DNA of 64,000 nt from an uncultured Methanosarcinaceae archaeon. Its GTDB lineage: Archaea; Halobacteriota; Methanosarcinia; Methanosarcinales; Methanosarcinaceae. This document shows, piece by piece, positions 1 through 12,037 of this stretch. The stretch lies in contig CAWJYV010000010.1 of assembly GCA_963847185.1 (NCBI GenBank), forward strand, positions 544,001 to 608,000. Direction: 5' to 3'. The translations under genes and the position numbers were made by a program. Below the pieces are notes generated by a model, which was not told the DNA's origin, did not search any database, and worked only from the letters and a program-made list of their open reading frames with translations. Positions within the stretch are counted from its first letter, which is position 1. Every line of letters starts with the position of its first letter.

Positions 1-505
1 CAGGGTCAAGTTCCATTCCATATTTCTCGGAAAGCCCTTTTACCATCTGGGCAATTCTTTCAGGTCTGAAGGTATTTTCAGTATCTATGATGATAACTGA
101 ACCTTTCAGACCTCCATGTTCCTTATCCATCTGAACATTTGCTGCAAGCTGGTGGGCCAGCTGGGTCTTTCCGGAACCGAACTCCCCATAAAGTTCTGTA
201 ATGGCCTGGGTTTCTATGCCCCCACCCATCATCTCATTAAATTCGGTACAACCGGTGGTCAGCTTGCCTACCATTTTTCGCCTTTCAAGCACGATGTCTC
301 CGGTCTCAAAACCTCCTATATCAGCAGCCTGCCTTGCAGCATTGATAATTTTTGCAGCAGTTGATTCCCCTATCTCAGCTGTTGTCGCAAGTTCAGCAGG
401 AGAGGCTACCGCCACTGCTTCAATAGTGTTGAATCCAGCTTCTTTGAGTTTTTCTGCAGTTGCAGGGCCAACTCCGGGCAGTTCTTCCAGTGATATTTCA
501 CTCAT
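1..505 (-). CDS. radA: DNA repair/recombination protein RadA (5' part; runs off window)
   Basis: Manual translation from ATG at 505: [25 protein letters not shown]...[26 protein letters not shown]...[14 protein letters not shown]. HhH N-terminus plus Walker A. Confidence 0.95.
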   Translation of the reverse strand, partial: MSEISLEELPGVGPATAEKLKEAGFNTIEAVAVASPAELATTAEIGESTAAKIINAARQAADIGGFETGDIVLERRKMVGKLTTGCTEFNEMMGGGIETQAITELYGEFGSGKTQLAHQLAANVQMDKEHGGLKGSVIIIDTENTFRPERIAQMVKGLSEKYGMELDP

Positions 506-791
506 TACAAATTTCTCCTAAGATGCACATGTTTGTGTAAGGTGCATGACAGTTGCTCAACTATGGTTTTGCGAGTATATATAATTAGAGGAGGCGGAGT
601 GAAAGTATTTTATGACAATATAAAACGCAGTAATAATGGTGAGAAACATGACAAAAAAGAAGAGAAACAGGAGTTCTTTTTCTGATACTTACAGTTATAA
701 TAAGAAGAAAAAAGTAAAGAAAATCCCAAAAATGCCCAAAAAATAGAGAAAAACCAAAACTTCTTTTTACTTAGTTGGAATATCACCCATC

Positions 792-1262
792 ATGCCGAAG
801 GTTGCAGTTGGCGGTACGTTTCAATATCTTCACGACGGGCACGCCAAACTAATTGAAAAAGCATTTGAAATAGCAAAGGATGGAAAAGTCCATATAGGGC
901 TCACCTCGGACGAGATGCTGCAGAAAAGCCACAACATCGATAGCTATGAAATAAGGAAAGTCCGACTGCTGGAGTATATAAAAGGAAGGGGATTTCCGGA
1001 AAACAGATATGAAATTACACGGCTGAATGATCCCTGCGGCCCTACTCTGGAAGAAGATTTTGATTTTATAATTGTCTCTCCCGAGACGTATCCTGTTGCC
1101 CTTAAGATCAACCGCATCAGAGGAGAAAAAGGAAAGAAAGCTCTGGAAATCGTATACGTTGAATATGTAATGGCTGACGATGGATTCCCTATTTCCTCAA
1201 CAAGGATTGCAAAAGGAGAGATTGACAGACACGGCAAATTAAAAAACAGGTTTAAACTTTAA
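792..1262 (+). CDS. coaD: Phosphopantetheine adenylyltransferase (archaeal type)
   Basis: VAVGGTFQYLHDGH (HxGH), IVSPET and ISSTRI motifs. Confidence 0.9.
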   Translation: MPKVAVGGTFQYLHDGHAKLIEKAFEIAKDGKVHIGLTSDEMLQKSHNIDSYEIRKVRLLEYIKGRGFPENRYEITRLNDPCGPTLEEDFDFIIVSPETYPVALKINRIRGEKGKKALEIVYVEYVMADDGFPISSTRIAKGEIDRHGKLKNRFKL

Positions 1263-1370
1263 ATAGCTTCGATACGCGTTTAGAATCAAAAGGGTTAGAG
1301 TACAAAATCATTTTCTCAACAGATATTCTTCAACAGACATAAATCAGCACAGGATTAATAAAGTGATAAT

Positions 1371-1703
1371 ATGCCCAGAGAATTTACCGAAAAAGATATT
1401 CAGATTTTTAACAAGCTTGTTCCTGAAGCCAGAGGAAAACTCATTTCCAGAGAAGCAGGGCACCAGTTTCCTTTCATCCTGCGTCCGGTCTCACACAAAT
1501 TTGCGGAGTCATCTGAAGATTTCAGGGAAAGGCTGGAAAGACTGAGCCCTGAAGAACTCGATTACCTTGTAGGACTTGCACTGGAAGGAAAGGAAGACGT
1601 TCAATCTCTAGACGAAGACCTTGAGGAGCTAGTGGCAGTAGTTGCTGAAAAAGTGTCTCCAGAAAGAGCAAAGCAGTTGAAGGATTTCGTGGGGCTATTT
1701 TGA
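1371..1703 (+). CDS. Conserved hypothetical protein
   Basis: 110-aa ORF with typical composition, co-oriented between coaD and nfo. Confidence 0.75.
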   Translation: MPREFTEKDIQIFNKLVPEARGKLISREAGHQFPFILRPVSHKFAESSEDFRERLERLSPEELDYLVGLALEGKEDVQSLDEDLEELVAVVAEKVSPERAKQLKDFVGLF

Positions 1704-1718
1704 AAAGGATAATTTGAA

Positions 1719-2552
1719 ATGGCCTCAAAACATCTACTTTTTGGAACAGGAGGAATCCCGAGAAGCACAAAAGGAAAAAGCAGCATCTCAGGGATCGAGC
1801 GCATCAGGGAACTCAGCCTCGATTGTATGGAACTCGAGTTCGTTCAGGGAGTGCGCATGGGAGAAGAAGGGGCAAAAAATGTTATGAAAGCCTCACTAAA
1901 AGAAAAAGTAGCCCTGAGCGTTCATGCACCTTATTATATTAATATGAATTCTTATGATAACGAAAAACTGAAGGCAAGCCTGGAAAGGCTTTATCAGGCC
2001 GCCAGAATAGGCAGCCTCTGCGGGGCTGAATCAATTGTTTTTCATGCGGCTTTTTACCAGAAAAGCAGCAAACAGGATACATATACGAAAGTATCGGAAG
2101 CTCTGGAAGAACTTACAGGCCGACTCAGAGACGAAGGAATCCCGGCAATTCTGCGCCCTGAAACTATGGGCAAACGAACTCAGTTTGGAACGCTTGAAGA
2201 GTTACTTGACCTGAGTGCTGGAATTGAAGGGGTTATGCCCTGCCTTGACTTTTGTCATCTGCACGCAAGGGAAGGAAAAGAAAATTCCTATTCCGAGTTT
2301 AGGGAAATTCTCTCGAAAGTGGAAGAAACCCTTGGGAAGGAAGGACTTTCAAATATGCACATGCATGTTTCTGGGGTTGAATACGGTACGAACGGAGAAA
2401 AAAGGCACCTGAACCTGGAAGAATCCGATTTCAATTTTTCTGAACTTATGAGAGTCCTGAAAGAATTTAAAGCTCAGGGGAGGGTGATACTGGAGAGCCC
2501 TGTTCTGGAACAGGACGCTCTTCTGTTAAGGAAGATTTACACGGAATTATAA
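1719..2552 (+). CDS. nfo: Endonuclease IV / AP endonuclease 2 TIM-barrel
   Basis: SVHAPYYIN, VFHAA, RPETMGK, CLDFCHLHAR and HMHVSG metal-ligand motifs. Confidence 0.85.
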   Translation: MASKHLLFGTGGIPRSTKGKSSISGIERIRELSLDCMELEFVQGVRMGEEGAKNVMKASLKEKVALSVHAPYYINMNSYDNEKLKASLERLYQAARIGSLCGAESIVFHAAFYQKSSKQDTYTKVSEALEELTGRLRDEGIPAILRPETMGKRTQFGTLEELLDLSAGIEGVMPCLDFCHLHAREGKENSYSEFREILSKVEETLGKEGLSNMHMHVSGVEYGTNGEKRHLNLEESDFNFSELMRVLKEFKAQGRVILESPVLEQDALLLRKIYTEL

Positions 2553-2800
2553 TCTTATAATTAAAGGTAAGAAAAACTCTCTGTATTTTCTTACATATAG
2601 CTTACTTTCTATTATCCTGAAAATTGCTTTCCATCTAATTGTACCCGAAGAAATAACCATAGATACATATGAAGGTTATTCAAATAGCAGGATTCATTAT
2701 AAACGTTGGAGCATTTTCAGCAGAAAATTATGGACTTCCTAAATTTGTGACTGTATGAATAAATTTAATTAAAAAAGAAAGTAAATTTAGTATGTTAGAT

Positions 2801-2983
2801 TTAGTATTTTACAGGATTAGAACCATATCTTGATCCGGTTCTTTTTTCCTCTTCTTCTTTTGTTTTATGCCAGCCACGCAAACAGCACCCTTCTTTACAA
2901 TGCATAGTACGTATATGTTTTACGACACAAGCAAATCCTATTGCGGCTAATACATAGACCACTATTTCCATAAATTTATGCAT
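2801..2983 (-). CDS. Small single-TM protein, paralog of 46003..46233
   Basis: Hydrophobic N-terminus, KEGCCLRGWH, C-terminal TGSRYGSNPVKY shared with the second copy. Confidence 0.7.
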   Translation of the reverse strand: MHKFMEIVVYVLAAIGFACVVKHIRTMHCKEGCCLRGWHKTKEEEEKRTGSRYGSNPVKY

Positions 2984-3312
2984 GTTGAGTTCTCCATTCG
3001 ATTAATACACCTTATTGCTTATTAATCTATGTATGAAGATAGAAAAATAACAATTTTGATTATAAATTAACTAAGCTTGTATTTCCACCATATTTAGATC
3101 TAGCTCATTAATACTATATTTTAGGAAGGCTTTCGTTTATACACATCTGAACTGGAAAATAGTAGCAGTAAAAAAAGCCAAGTGTCTAAAATGTAAATTT
3201 AAACCGTGATATTTACTATGTTTGATTTTATAATCGAGTGTGTAACTCCTGTGAAAAAAACGTTGTCTTTAAGTAATTATTTATAGATAATACTTCTCTA
3301 TCTTCGATAGAC

Positions 3313-3588
3313 ATGAGGAAACTAAAAGACATAAAGGATAATGCAAAAAAGTACCTCGAATTATGCAAACTTCTATATACAGATTCTCGCACCCCCAGGG
3401 TTGCAAAAATACTGTTATGGATCGCCATAGGATATGCATTGTCACCAATCGATTTAATACCTGATTTCATACCTGTAATTGGATATCTCGATGATCTCGT
3501 AATCGTTCCTGTTCTTTTGTATATCGCAATGAAATCAGTGCCTAAAGATGTGTATATAGAAAATTACGTTAAGATTTTAAAAAAGTGA
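3313..3588 (+). CDS. YkvA/DUF1232 family protein
   Basis: YALSPIDLIPDFIPVIGYLDD signature. Confidence 0.9.
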   Translation: MRKLKDIKDNAKKYLELCKLLYTDSRTPRVAKILLWIAIGYALSPIDLIPDFIPVIGYLDDLVIVPVLLYIAMKSVPKDVYIENYVKILKK

Positions 3589-3679
3589 GAGTAATGGAAA
3601 TAATTTCCTGAAAAAAGAAAAATGAGAATTTTCTTCACTTTTCTCAAATACAGGAAACATATTCGCTTTTTCGGAAATT

Positions 3680-3991
3680 TTATGGAATACCACTCCAACT
3701 GTACTGCTTGCCACTATACTGGTGCTTGCCTTTTCTATGCAACTTTTTTTTCAGGTCTGAGAATTTTGTCTTGTGTGCTATTATCAAGTAGACTCCAGAA
3801 AGACCCACCAGAGTGTAAACCAGCCTCGAAATAATTGATTTCTTCCCAAAAACAGCTGCTACCAGATCAAAGTTCAGGATACCTACAAGACCCCAGTTCA
3901 GAGCACCTATTACTACTAACAGTTTGGATAGACTGTGTGGCTTAACCATAGGCATTCCGTGCATCTTATGTATTTTGTGCATCTTTATCAA
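3680..3991 (-). CDS. DUF378 membrane protein
   Basis: LVVIGALNWGLVGILNFDLVAAVFG signature; GGGAGG RBS before TTG. Confidence 0.85.
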   Translation of the reverse strand: MIKMHKIHKMHGMPMVKPHSLSKLLVVIGALNWGLVGILNFDLVAAVFGKKSIISRLVYTLVGLSGVYLIIAHKTKFSDLKKKLHRKGKHQYSGKQYSWSGIP

Positions 3992-4194
3992 ACCTCCCCA
4001 CTAGATAGAACATCGTGAAAGGGCAGATCAGTTTTTGACTGGAAAATATTGGGCCGGAAGACTTTGACCGGAAGACTTGATCTTTTAAACGCCCAATTCC
4101 CTGCCCCCTCAAACAATGTTTGAGTTAAGATATTATTAATTTATTCCTTCTCCTGGCAGAAATCGTTTTCTGAGGAACAGTTATTAAGTGAAAA

Positions 4195-5556
4195 TTATAT
4201 TTTAAGCGCTTCAGGATTTTCATCGGTTTCTTCACTCCATTTGCAGCCTTCCTCTCTGTTCGCTACTCCGACTGTGAATTCTATCCCGCTTTTTTCCACA
4301 TACTCCCTGATCCTCTTCAGGGCATGATCAACCATCCCTCCTGCTGTGAGGATGAGGCAGCGTTTTCCGCAGAGAGCCATCAGGATGGATTTGTCTATGA
4401 CACCTGAGGTGACATCAAGGCGGATTCCGTCCTGTTCTGCAAGGGTTTTACTCTTTTTACCCATTGCTCCTACAAAGACAACTTCTCCTTCCTTCAGGAT
4501 CTGGTTAATTTCTGGCAGGGAATAGCTTTCAGTATCATAAAGTAGTACTCCACCAGCCTTAATTCCTTTACGCTTAAGTTCGACAATAGCCCTTCCCCCG
4601 GGATAGATATGCAGAACAGTAGCATTAATTGCTTCGTAAGGAGATTGAGTTGCATATTCCCCATACATAACCCCAAGGTTAAGGCTGTCTCCTTCTCTTA
4701 CTTTTGGAGGGACATCAACCCACATAAGGTCCAGAGGTTTTAAGGTATTGACAAGCTCGGGTATAGTCTTTGGTGAATTCCTGCCATATGCAAGCCCTCG
4801 TCTTTCGATTTCATGATATATCTCAAGGGTTGTTGGCTGGCGGAGGCTTGCTTTTTTTAGAAGCTCCTGTTCTTTGAAAACCTCTGCAGGTGTTCCCTGC
4901 CCTATGAGCTTACTATTTGACAGAAGGTATACATAGTCAGACCAGCGGTATGCCAGATCCACATCATGAGTGGAAATAATGATGGTGCTCCCGAAGTGGT
5001 TAAATTCGTTTAGTAGATCCATTATTTCGTCTGCCCCTACCGGATCAAGATTTGATAGAGGTTCGTCCAGAATTATCACTTCGGGTTCCATTGCCATTAC
5101 TCCGGCAATTGCAACTCTCTTTTTCTGTCCTCCGCTGAGGTGATGAGGAGGCTTGTCCTTCAGGCGGGAGAGTCCTACCTGCTCAAGGGCATGCTGTACA
5201 GCGGCATCAACCCTTTCTTTAGAATAACCCAGATTTGCAGGCCCGAAAGCTACATCCTGATATACAGTTGGAGCAAAGATCTGATCATCTGAGTTCTGAA
5301 AAACAATTCCTACTGACTTTCTTATCTCTCTAAGGGATTTTGAGTCATATCTAAAGGGGGCTCCATGAAAAAGGACTTCACCTTCAGCTGGCTTTAAAGT
5401 TCCGTTAAGGAGAAGAAAAAGTGTGGACTTTCCGGAGCCGTTTTGTCCTACAAAAGCTACTTTCTTTCCCTTTTTAATTTCGATATTCAGATCCTGGACA
5501 GCTGCAGTCCCGTCCGGGTAAGTATATTTAAGGCCCCTGGTCTCAAGAATGATCAT
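4195..5556 (-). CDS. cbiO: ECF cobalt transporter ATPase CbiO with C-terminal extension
   Basis: [16 protein letters not shown] and ILDEP motifs; last gene of cbiMNQO. Confidence 0.9.
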   Translation of the reverse strand: MIILETRGLKYTYPDGTAAVQDLNIEIKKGKKVAFVGQNGSGKSTLFLLLNGTLKPAEGEVLFHGAPFRYDSKSLREIRKSVGIVFQNSDDQIFAPTVYQDVAFGPANLGYSKERVDAAVQHALEQVGLSRLKDKPPHHLSGGQKKRVAIAGVMAMEPEVIILDEPLSNLDPVGADEIMDLLNEFNHFGSTIIISTHDVDLAYRWSDYVYLLSNSKLIGQGTPAEVFKEQELLKKASLRQPTTLEIYHEIERRGLAYGRNSPKTIPELVNTLKPLDLMWVDVPPKVREGDSLNLGVMYGEYATQSPYEAINATVLHIYPGGRAIVELKRKGIKAGGVLLYDTESYSLPEINQILKEGEVVFVGAMGKKSKTLAEQDGIRLDVTSGVIDKSILMALCGKRCLILTAGGMVDHALKRIREYVEKSGIEFTVGVANREEGCKWSEETDENPEALKI

Positions 5557-5567
5557 AATCTGTTACC

Positions 5568-6350
5568 TCAAACAATGGATATGTTTTTTGTGAAATAAAA
5601 TAGTGCAAGAGTCGAAATAAAGTAGGCAGAAGTAAGAAGCAGTTCTGTTGCTTTTACAGGCCTGTGAACCTCAAAGAGAGTCATTTTTCCATCGTAGCAC
5701 CTTGAATTCATGGCAAGGAAGAGTTTATCTCCCTGTTCCCAGGATCTGACAAAAAGCGTGCTTCCAAGCATTCCCATTGAAAAGATGGAGCGCTTTAAGT
5801 TGGAATATCCCAGCCTGACTGTCTGTGCGTACTTAATGCAAAGGGCGATGTCAAGAAAAACAAAAATATACCTGTAAATTAGCATTGAAAGCTCTATAAC
5901 TGATTCAGGAAGCCTGGAAGCTTTGAGCACTGCAAAGAGCTCTATCATAGGAGTTGTAAGTGAGAGGAAGTAAAGGCAGCACATCCCGCTTATGGATCTT
6001 GCAAGAACCAGCAGGGCAAGTTCAAATCCATCTGTTCTTACGGAAAGTGGATAACCCAGCAATTCAAAGGCGAGCATCTCAGATCCCGAACCTGAGAAGA
6101 AGGCAATTATAAGGACACTTACGATGGCAAAGCCCATTGGAGCCAGCAAGAGCTTGAAATAGAGCTTAAGAGGCGTTCTGCCAAGGGCAATTGTTGTAAA
6201 GCTCATGCAGAATGCTATAAAAAAAGGAGGAATTGGGGATGTAGCTGAAACTCCAACAAGCAGCCCGAAAAGAACTATTACCAGCTTCAACCAGTTGTTT
6301 CGATGCCTTAGAGGGCTCATAAGGGCATAATCATCAAGGATGTTAGTCAT
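5568..6350 (-). CDS. cbiQ: ECF cobalt transporter T component
   Basis: Multi-TM protein, YRYIFV...RLGY and AMNSRCYDG motifs; operon context. Confidence 0.9.
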   Translation of the reverse strand: MTNILDDYALMSPLRHRNNWLKLVIVLFGLLVGVSATSPIPPFFIAFCMSFTTIALGRTPLKLYFKLLLAPMGFAIVSVLIIAFFSGSGSEMLAFELLGYPLSVRTDGFELALLVLARSISGMCCLYFLSLTTPMIELFAVLKASRLPESVIELSMLIYRYIFVFLDIALCIKYAQTVRLGYSNLKRSIFSMGMLGSTLFVRSWEQGDKLFLAMNSRCYDGKMTLFEVHRPVKATELLLTSAYFISTLALFYFTKNISIV

Positions 6351-6464
6351 AGGAAACCCGCAGATAAGTGGATAAGAACTGAAAATTAAAGATTAAAAAT
6401 AAAAGGCAAAAGATAAAAGCTTTCCTCCCAGCAGGAAGGAAAGCAAACATGGTAGAAGAAGAGA

Positions 6465-6806
6465 TTATAAAGAGTGTTTGTCTTTTTCTGACTTGTCCTT
6501 CCCTTTATACCCAAGCTCATTTTCATATTTTTTTTTGGCCCTGTAATAACCAAAGAAGTAACCGAGTACCCCTGCACCTATAGCCGCCTGAAGGCCGAAA
6601 AGAAGGCTTTCAATTTCTGCGCTTGGAGGTTCCCATATAGGTTTTGTTGTTGGCTCGTAAGTTCCGTTTGTAAGATCCTTAACTACTCCCTCAGCTTGTG
6701 TGTCAGCTCCTTCATACTCGGCATCCGTAGTTGAAGACATATAAAAGAACTGCACTGCAAAAATCAGGAGAATGGCAAGTACGATGAGTTCCAATTTCCT
6801 GCTCAT
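6465..6806 (-). CDS. cbiN: Cobalt transport protein CbiN
   Basis: GADTQA...PIWEPPSAEIESLLFGLQAAIGAG. Confidence 0.9.
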   Translation of the reverse strand: MSRKLELIVLAILLIFAVQFFYMSSTTDAEYEGADTQAEGVVKDLTNGTYEPTTKPIWEPPSAEIESLLFGLQAAIGAGVLGYFFGYYRAKKKYENELGYKGKDKSEKDKHSL

Positions 6807-7510
6807 GCAGAAATTCCCCTCAGCTTTCTCACAACTTTATCTTCGAGAACTTTCATTTCTACAAGGATATCACTCTTGACATTGACTACATACTTAAAGA
6901 GCAGGGCACTGATAGCCCCTTCCATGATTGCAAGAGGTATCTGAGTCACTGCGAAGACAGCGGCAAATTTACCTAATGAGCTGAGAAAAGCTCCAATTGT
7001 AAGTACCCCCCCTGCAGGGTATGCGAGGGCAAGTTGTACAGAGGTAGTTACATAAGTGGCCCAATCTCCAAAGGCTGTAGCCAGAAAAACGACAAGGTAA
7101 AAGTTTAGATTCGCTTTCATTCCTGCTTTGTATATCAGGTACGCTACTAACGGGCCTACTATTCCCATTGAAAAGACATTGGCTCCAAGGGTTGTCAGAC
7201 CGCCATGCGCAAGGAAAAGAGCTTGATAAATAAGCACGATAGTTCCAAGCACCCCAGAAATCGCAGGCCCAAAGATAATTGCAGAGACCCCGGTTCCTGT
7301 GGCATGAGAAGAGCTTCCGGTTATTGAAGGCAGTTTGAGGGAGGATAATACGAAAATAAATGCTCCAGCAACGGCCAGGAGAGGCAATATCTCGCGTTTT
7401 TCTTTTACCAGTCTATTCAGTTTATGAATTCCATACATTATCACCGGAATAGATACTGCAAACCAGATCTGCCACCAGGGAGTTTGTAAAAAGCCTTCCA
7501 TTATATGCAT
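6803..7510 (-). CDS. cbiM: ECF cobalt S component CbiM
   Basis: N-terminal MHIMEGFL, GSSSHATG and AHGGLTTLGAN motifs. Confidence 0.93.
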   Translation of the reverse strand: MHIMEGFLQTPWWQIWFAVSIPVIMYGIHKLNRLVKEKREILPLLAVAGAFIFVLSSLKLPSITGSSSHATGTGVSAIIFGPAISGVLGTIVLIYQALFLAHGGLTTLGANVFSMGIVGPLVAYLIYKAGMKANLNFYLVVFLATAFGDWATYVTTSVQLALAYPAGGVLTIGAFLSSLGKFAAVFAVTQIPLAIMEGAISALLFKYVVNVKSDILVEMKVLEDKVVRKLRGISA

Positions 7511-8149
7511 TGGGTCACCGTCGGGATATCAAGTAAACATTAGTGAGATTAAGACAAGTTAAATTGCGTTATTCCTTACATAAAGGTTGCGGTATGGGAT
7601 AATCAGGATCATGAGGGCTTTTAAAGTTAATTAAAACGTAAGAATGTTTTTAGGCTAGAAGTAGTTTAGAGTAGAACAATTTAACTTGAGTCCGTATTAT
7701 GTATAAACTCAGAGGATATTCATATACATTTCATAATAATTTTGCGTAAAATAGGCGGCAGGCGAACTTTAGTAATATCAACTAAAAAAATAGCGAATTG
7801 GTTGGTGAGAAAACATGATTTTCACTTCATATAAAGAAAAGTTGTATATATACTCAGAAGAATAAAAATAAAAGAAAAATATTAAAAAAATAAAAATGGA
7901 GGTTATAATCAAACGCGGAGCCCGTTTTGAAGGCCCGGAAGACAAGGCCAGAAATAGAAAGTCAAAGCAATAAAAATCAACTAAATTTGCTTTAACAAAA
8001 TTATATTGAACCCTGCCTTATATATACATATCTATTTTAATCTGCCTGGAATATAAGTTGGAAAGTAAGCCTCAGAATATTTAATTTTAAAAGGAGTATG
8101 AATATAACATAGACAGGGAATTACCTCATTTTTTCCAGAGGGAAAAAAG

Positions 8150-8605
8150 TCAAGCGTTGAGAACAGCGGTCAGATAAGCAAGTGCAAAATAACGTCCGAA
8201 TTTCCCGAGAAAAACAAGAACCGAAAAAGATCTGAAAGGAAGCTGCATAAGCCCTGCAACCATCGTAATTGCATCTCCTATCCCTGGAACCCAGGTAAAA
8301 AGAAGCGTATAAATCCCGTATTTCTTAAAAAGCCTTTCACTTTTTTCAAGTTTATTCTGAGATGGAGAAAGATACTTCTCAAGTACCGGTCTACCTTTCA
8401 GTCCAAGATAATAAGTTGTGCATGATCCGAGATAATTACCCAGAGTCGCCACCATAACAACAGTAAAAGGACTGAATCCCTGATAAATGAGAGCTACTAC
8501 CAGTGCTTCCGACCCGAAGGGCAGAACCGTAGAAGCCAGAAAACTCAGAACGAAAAGGTTTAGATAACCGTAATTAGCAAGAAAGGAATTCAAAAATTCA
8601 AGCAT
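8150..8605 (-). CDS. YqaA/DedA (SNARE-associated) membrane protein
   Basis: FLASTVLPFGSE, ATLGNYLGS, PGIGDAI and GKFGRY motifs. Confidence 0.85.
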   Translation of the reverse strand: MLEFLNSFLANYGYLNLFVLSFLASTVLPFGSEALVVALIYQGFSPFTVVMVATLGNYLGSCTTYYLGLKGRPVLEKYLSPSQNKLEKSERLFKKYGIYTLLFTWVPGIGDAITMVAGLMQLPFRSFSVLVFLGKFGRYFALAYLTAVLNA

Positions 8606-9000
8606 TGTATACTTACCATCCGGGGAAACTCACATTTTATCGTAGCTTATGTCTTTAAAACACTTCTTTTTTTAAATCACTTATTTTACACTCCTTCCCA
8701 CGATTGTATTTATATTATTTTATATTGACGAGGCTTCAAGGAAAAAATTCACTAATTCTATACTTAAATGTCATTAGGATGTTTTCTTGTAAGTCGATCA
8801 GATAACATCAGATCAATCAAACAAATGATCATTTGGTCAGGTAAAATCAGATATGGTAAAAACAGAGACTAAAATCTTGAGAACCGGAAATAAGAGTTAA
8901 TCTCCGGTCCTGCAAACAAAGAAAGGACTGAATGATATCTAGATGAAACAACACGGGGTTTATAGCTTAAAACCCCAAGTTCAATCAGCCTTTCTTTTCT

Positions 9001-9075
9001 AATTAATTTCTTTTCTTTCCAAATAATTTCTTTTCTTTCTAAATAATTTCTTTCAATTAATTCCTTCTTTTTCTG
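9001..9075. repeat. ~20-bp degenerate tandem repeat overlapping the S-layer gene stop
   Basis: Units aattaatttcttttctttcc / aaataatttcttttctttct / aaataatttctttc / aattaattccttctttttct. Confidence 0.6.
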
Positions 9076-11663
9076 AGCAACACGAACACAGTAGCGAGTA
9101 TTCCAAGAGTTACTATGCCACTCAAGAAGGGAGCTTTTTTAGTTACTTCATAGCTTCCTTTCAGATCTCCTATTGTAACATTATATGTTCCTTCCTTTTC
9201 TTCGGTACGGGTGAATGCAATTTCCTTGCTCTCGCCTGCTTCCAGGCTTACATTCTGAGAATCAACCGATTCATTGTTAACCAGAAGTTCCACTTTAGTT
9301 TCGCCTGCAACGGTTCCGGAATTTGTGATATTCACACTGATATTGACAGCATCTCCTCCCTCAACTGAAGCCGGCTGTATCTTGAGATTAGAGTATGTAA
9401 ACTTCGCTATTTTTTCGGCAACTTCAATTACAGTTTCTCCTTCCTCATATCCTGTCTTTGTAGCATTTACCGTGTATGTTCCCGGTGCAGTTACCCAGTA
9501 AGATACAGTACCGTCCGTACCTGTCTGTTCTTCAAGTTTCTTTCCTCCGAAAAAGACATCCGCTCCGGCAACAGGCTTCTTTTCCACAGAATCCGTAACC
9601 TTTATGGTTATCTGATCTCCTTCTTTAACAGTTTCAGGAGAGACTGAAAGTAGAAGTTTCAGGACACCTTCTCCGACAATATCTACACTCTTATTTCCGG
9701 AGACATAACCTGCCTTGTTTGCAGATAAAGTGAATTTGCCTTCCTTTGCAGGGGTGTAAGTAAGATTTCCGCCATCTCCAGTGGTACCTATGCTCTCATT
9801 TCCTGCGAAAATTTCAACACCACTGACTGAAACATTTCTTGCCGTGACCAGGATTTCTGCCTGTTTTCCTGCTACAAGCACATCGGGCACTGAGATTTCA
9901 AGCTGGTCGCCTGTGCTGGTTTCGACTTCAACAAAAGGATAGAAGCGCAGGACTGAAGAATCAGCTACCTTAAACTTGACATTTCCCATCAGGTCAATTA
10001 CATCGCCTTTTGAAAGGGAGATAGAATCCTTATTTTTCATTGTGATTCCTGAGCTGGAAATTGTGCTTATTTCCATTTCTCCAAAGGAGTCGCCCTGAGA
10101 AAGTTCCAGGTAATCGTCCGAGATCTGGAAAATCCCCTCTACAAAAACAGCATTTGATTCCGTACCACTGAAAACAGTACTCACATGGACTGCAATCATT
10201 GGGACATCTTCTGCTCCTCCTATATTGGCTTCATAGATATAATCCCCGTTCTGGGAAATTATTTCCGAATCCAGCTTATCTCCGTCCTTATAAAGCTCGA
10301 AAAGGATCTTTTCTCCGTTAACATCAACTTCTGCAGCCTTAAGGGAATAGCCATTTTCAAGAGCTAGAGAAGAGCCTGTATACATAGACTTTTTATCATC
10401 GTCATCAACAAGGATTTTGGAAAGGACATTGTCCGAAAGCACACTCACGCTTTTTGAGTTTCCAAAAATATTCGCCGGATAGCCTGCAAAATACTTCTCT
10501 GCCATGAAACCAAGAACCTGATAGCTTCCCCAGCCTTCCTGTTTAAATGCTACAAGTGCGGGTTTTGTAGAGTAGACAAGATTATCTTCGTCAATAGTCC
10601 TTCCGTTGAGCTTTACGATGGAAAGACTTTCGGTTGAAACATTTTCATCGATGTTGTAGTAGAAACCTTCAAAGTTGAAAGGTGTCCAGGTAGTGGTATT
10701 AAATTTCTCGTCGTAGACAGTTCCCCTTAATTCATATTTTCCGGGCTCGGAAGTCTCGACTATGGGGGCAAAGCGAAGATCATCGGCATCAGCCACAACA
10801 AAACTGAGTTTTCCCATAATATCGATTGTATCGCCTTTGTCCAGGGAGATAGAATCGCTATTTCTCATTTTAATCCCGGAACTTGAAGTGGAACTTATTT
10901 CCATTTCTCCAAACTTATCTCCATTCGCGATTTCGACATATTTGTCCGAAATCTGGAAAATCCCCTGCACAAAAACAGCATTTGTTTCCGTACCCCTGAA
11001 GACTTCTGAGCAAATGGACTGCAATTATAGGGACATCCTCTGCATCTCCAAGGTCGGTTTCATAAACATAGTCTTTATTGGAGGACAGGAAACCATCATC
11101 TACTTCCATTTCCATCCTTTTCAAGCTGTACCCATACTTTATCTCCACTAACATCAACTTCCACAATGTTCAGAGAATATCCTTCTTCAAGGATAAGGGA
11201 AGAGCCCGTGTAAAGGGATTTCTTGTCATCACTGTCAATCAGTATCTTCGAAAGCTGTCCTTCTGAAATAACACTGATATCGTCATTTATAAAGCTGGAA
11301 TTTTCCGTGTATCCTGCAAAATACCGTTCTGCCATAAACCCTATAACCTGATAAGAACCCCAGTCACCGTATTCAAATTCCGTTTCTATGGGTTTTGTTT
11401 CATACTGCAATCCATTTCTCTGGACACTCCGGCTGCCAGCGGTAAGCTGGATTGTCATATTCTCGGAGCCTTCCCCGGTATCCAGGTCATAGTAAAAGCC
11501 CGAATAAGTCTGAGGCGTCCATGTATAAGTAAGATTCTGGTTTGCGTTTTCATCCCAGATGCGGTTGCCTGTTGAACTTGAAACCTGTGCAGACTGCAGT
11601 TTCACATAGGACTCCGAGCATTAAAAATAGACATAACAGTTTTATATAATTTTTAATCCCCAA
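9057..11663 (-). CDS. S-layer domain (DUF1608 x2) protein with Ig/CARDB domains and C-terminal anchor; frameshifted near 11000, 11100 and 11595 (likely sequencing errors)
   Basis: AGGAGG RBS plus TTG at 11663; signal peptide; TGNRIWD, GFYYDLD and GFMAEKYFAGY repeats; APFLSG-TM-RKRRN tail; three overlapping ORF pieces. Confidence 0.85.
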
Positions 11664-12037
11664 ATTAGACCTCCTTTTGATTGGATGGAGCAGGGGTGCA
11701 GCCTTCCAGGCATCCGGAGAGAAAAATAGAAACAAAAAAAGTTTCCTGAACACTCCCTGGAAGTTTTCCTGAGATCCGGATACCCCCATTTACTTCTAAA
11801 CATATTAAAACATTCAACTATATACATTTCTAGATATTGCATGGAATCAGATAAAAGTTTTTGGGCAGTTTATACTATCGAAAAAGAAAAATAAAAAAAG
11901 AATTATTAAACGGAAAGAAAAATGGAGTAAAAGTAAAAATAAAGAGAGGGAATAAGAGAGCTTAAAAAATAAAAAACGAGAAAGGATATGAAATATAAAT
12001 AATTAAATTTCTTAATGTTAAGACTGATAATATTTAC

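Noticed and set aside
7511-7900. Cobalamin riboswitch or NikR operator upstream of cbiM
   Set aside because: No B12-box or convincing palindrome is recognisable by eye.
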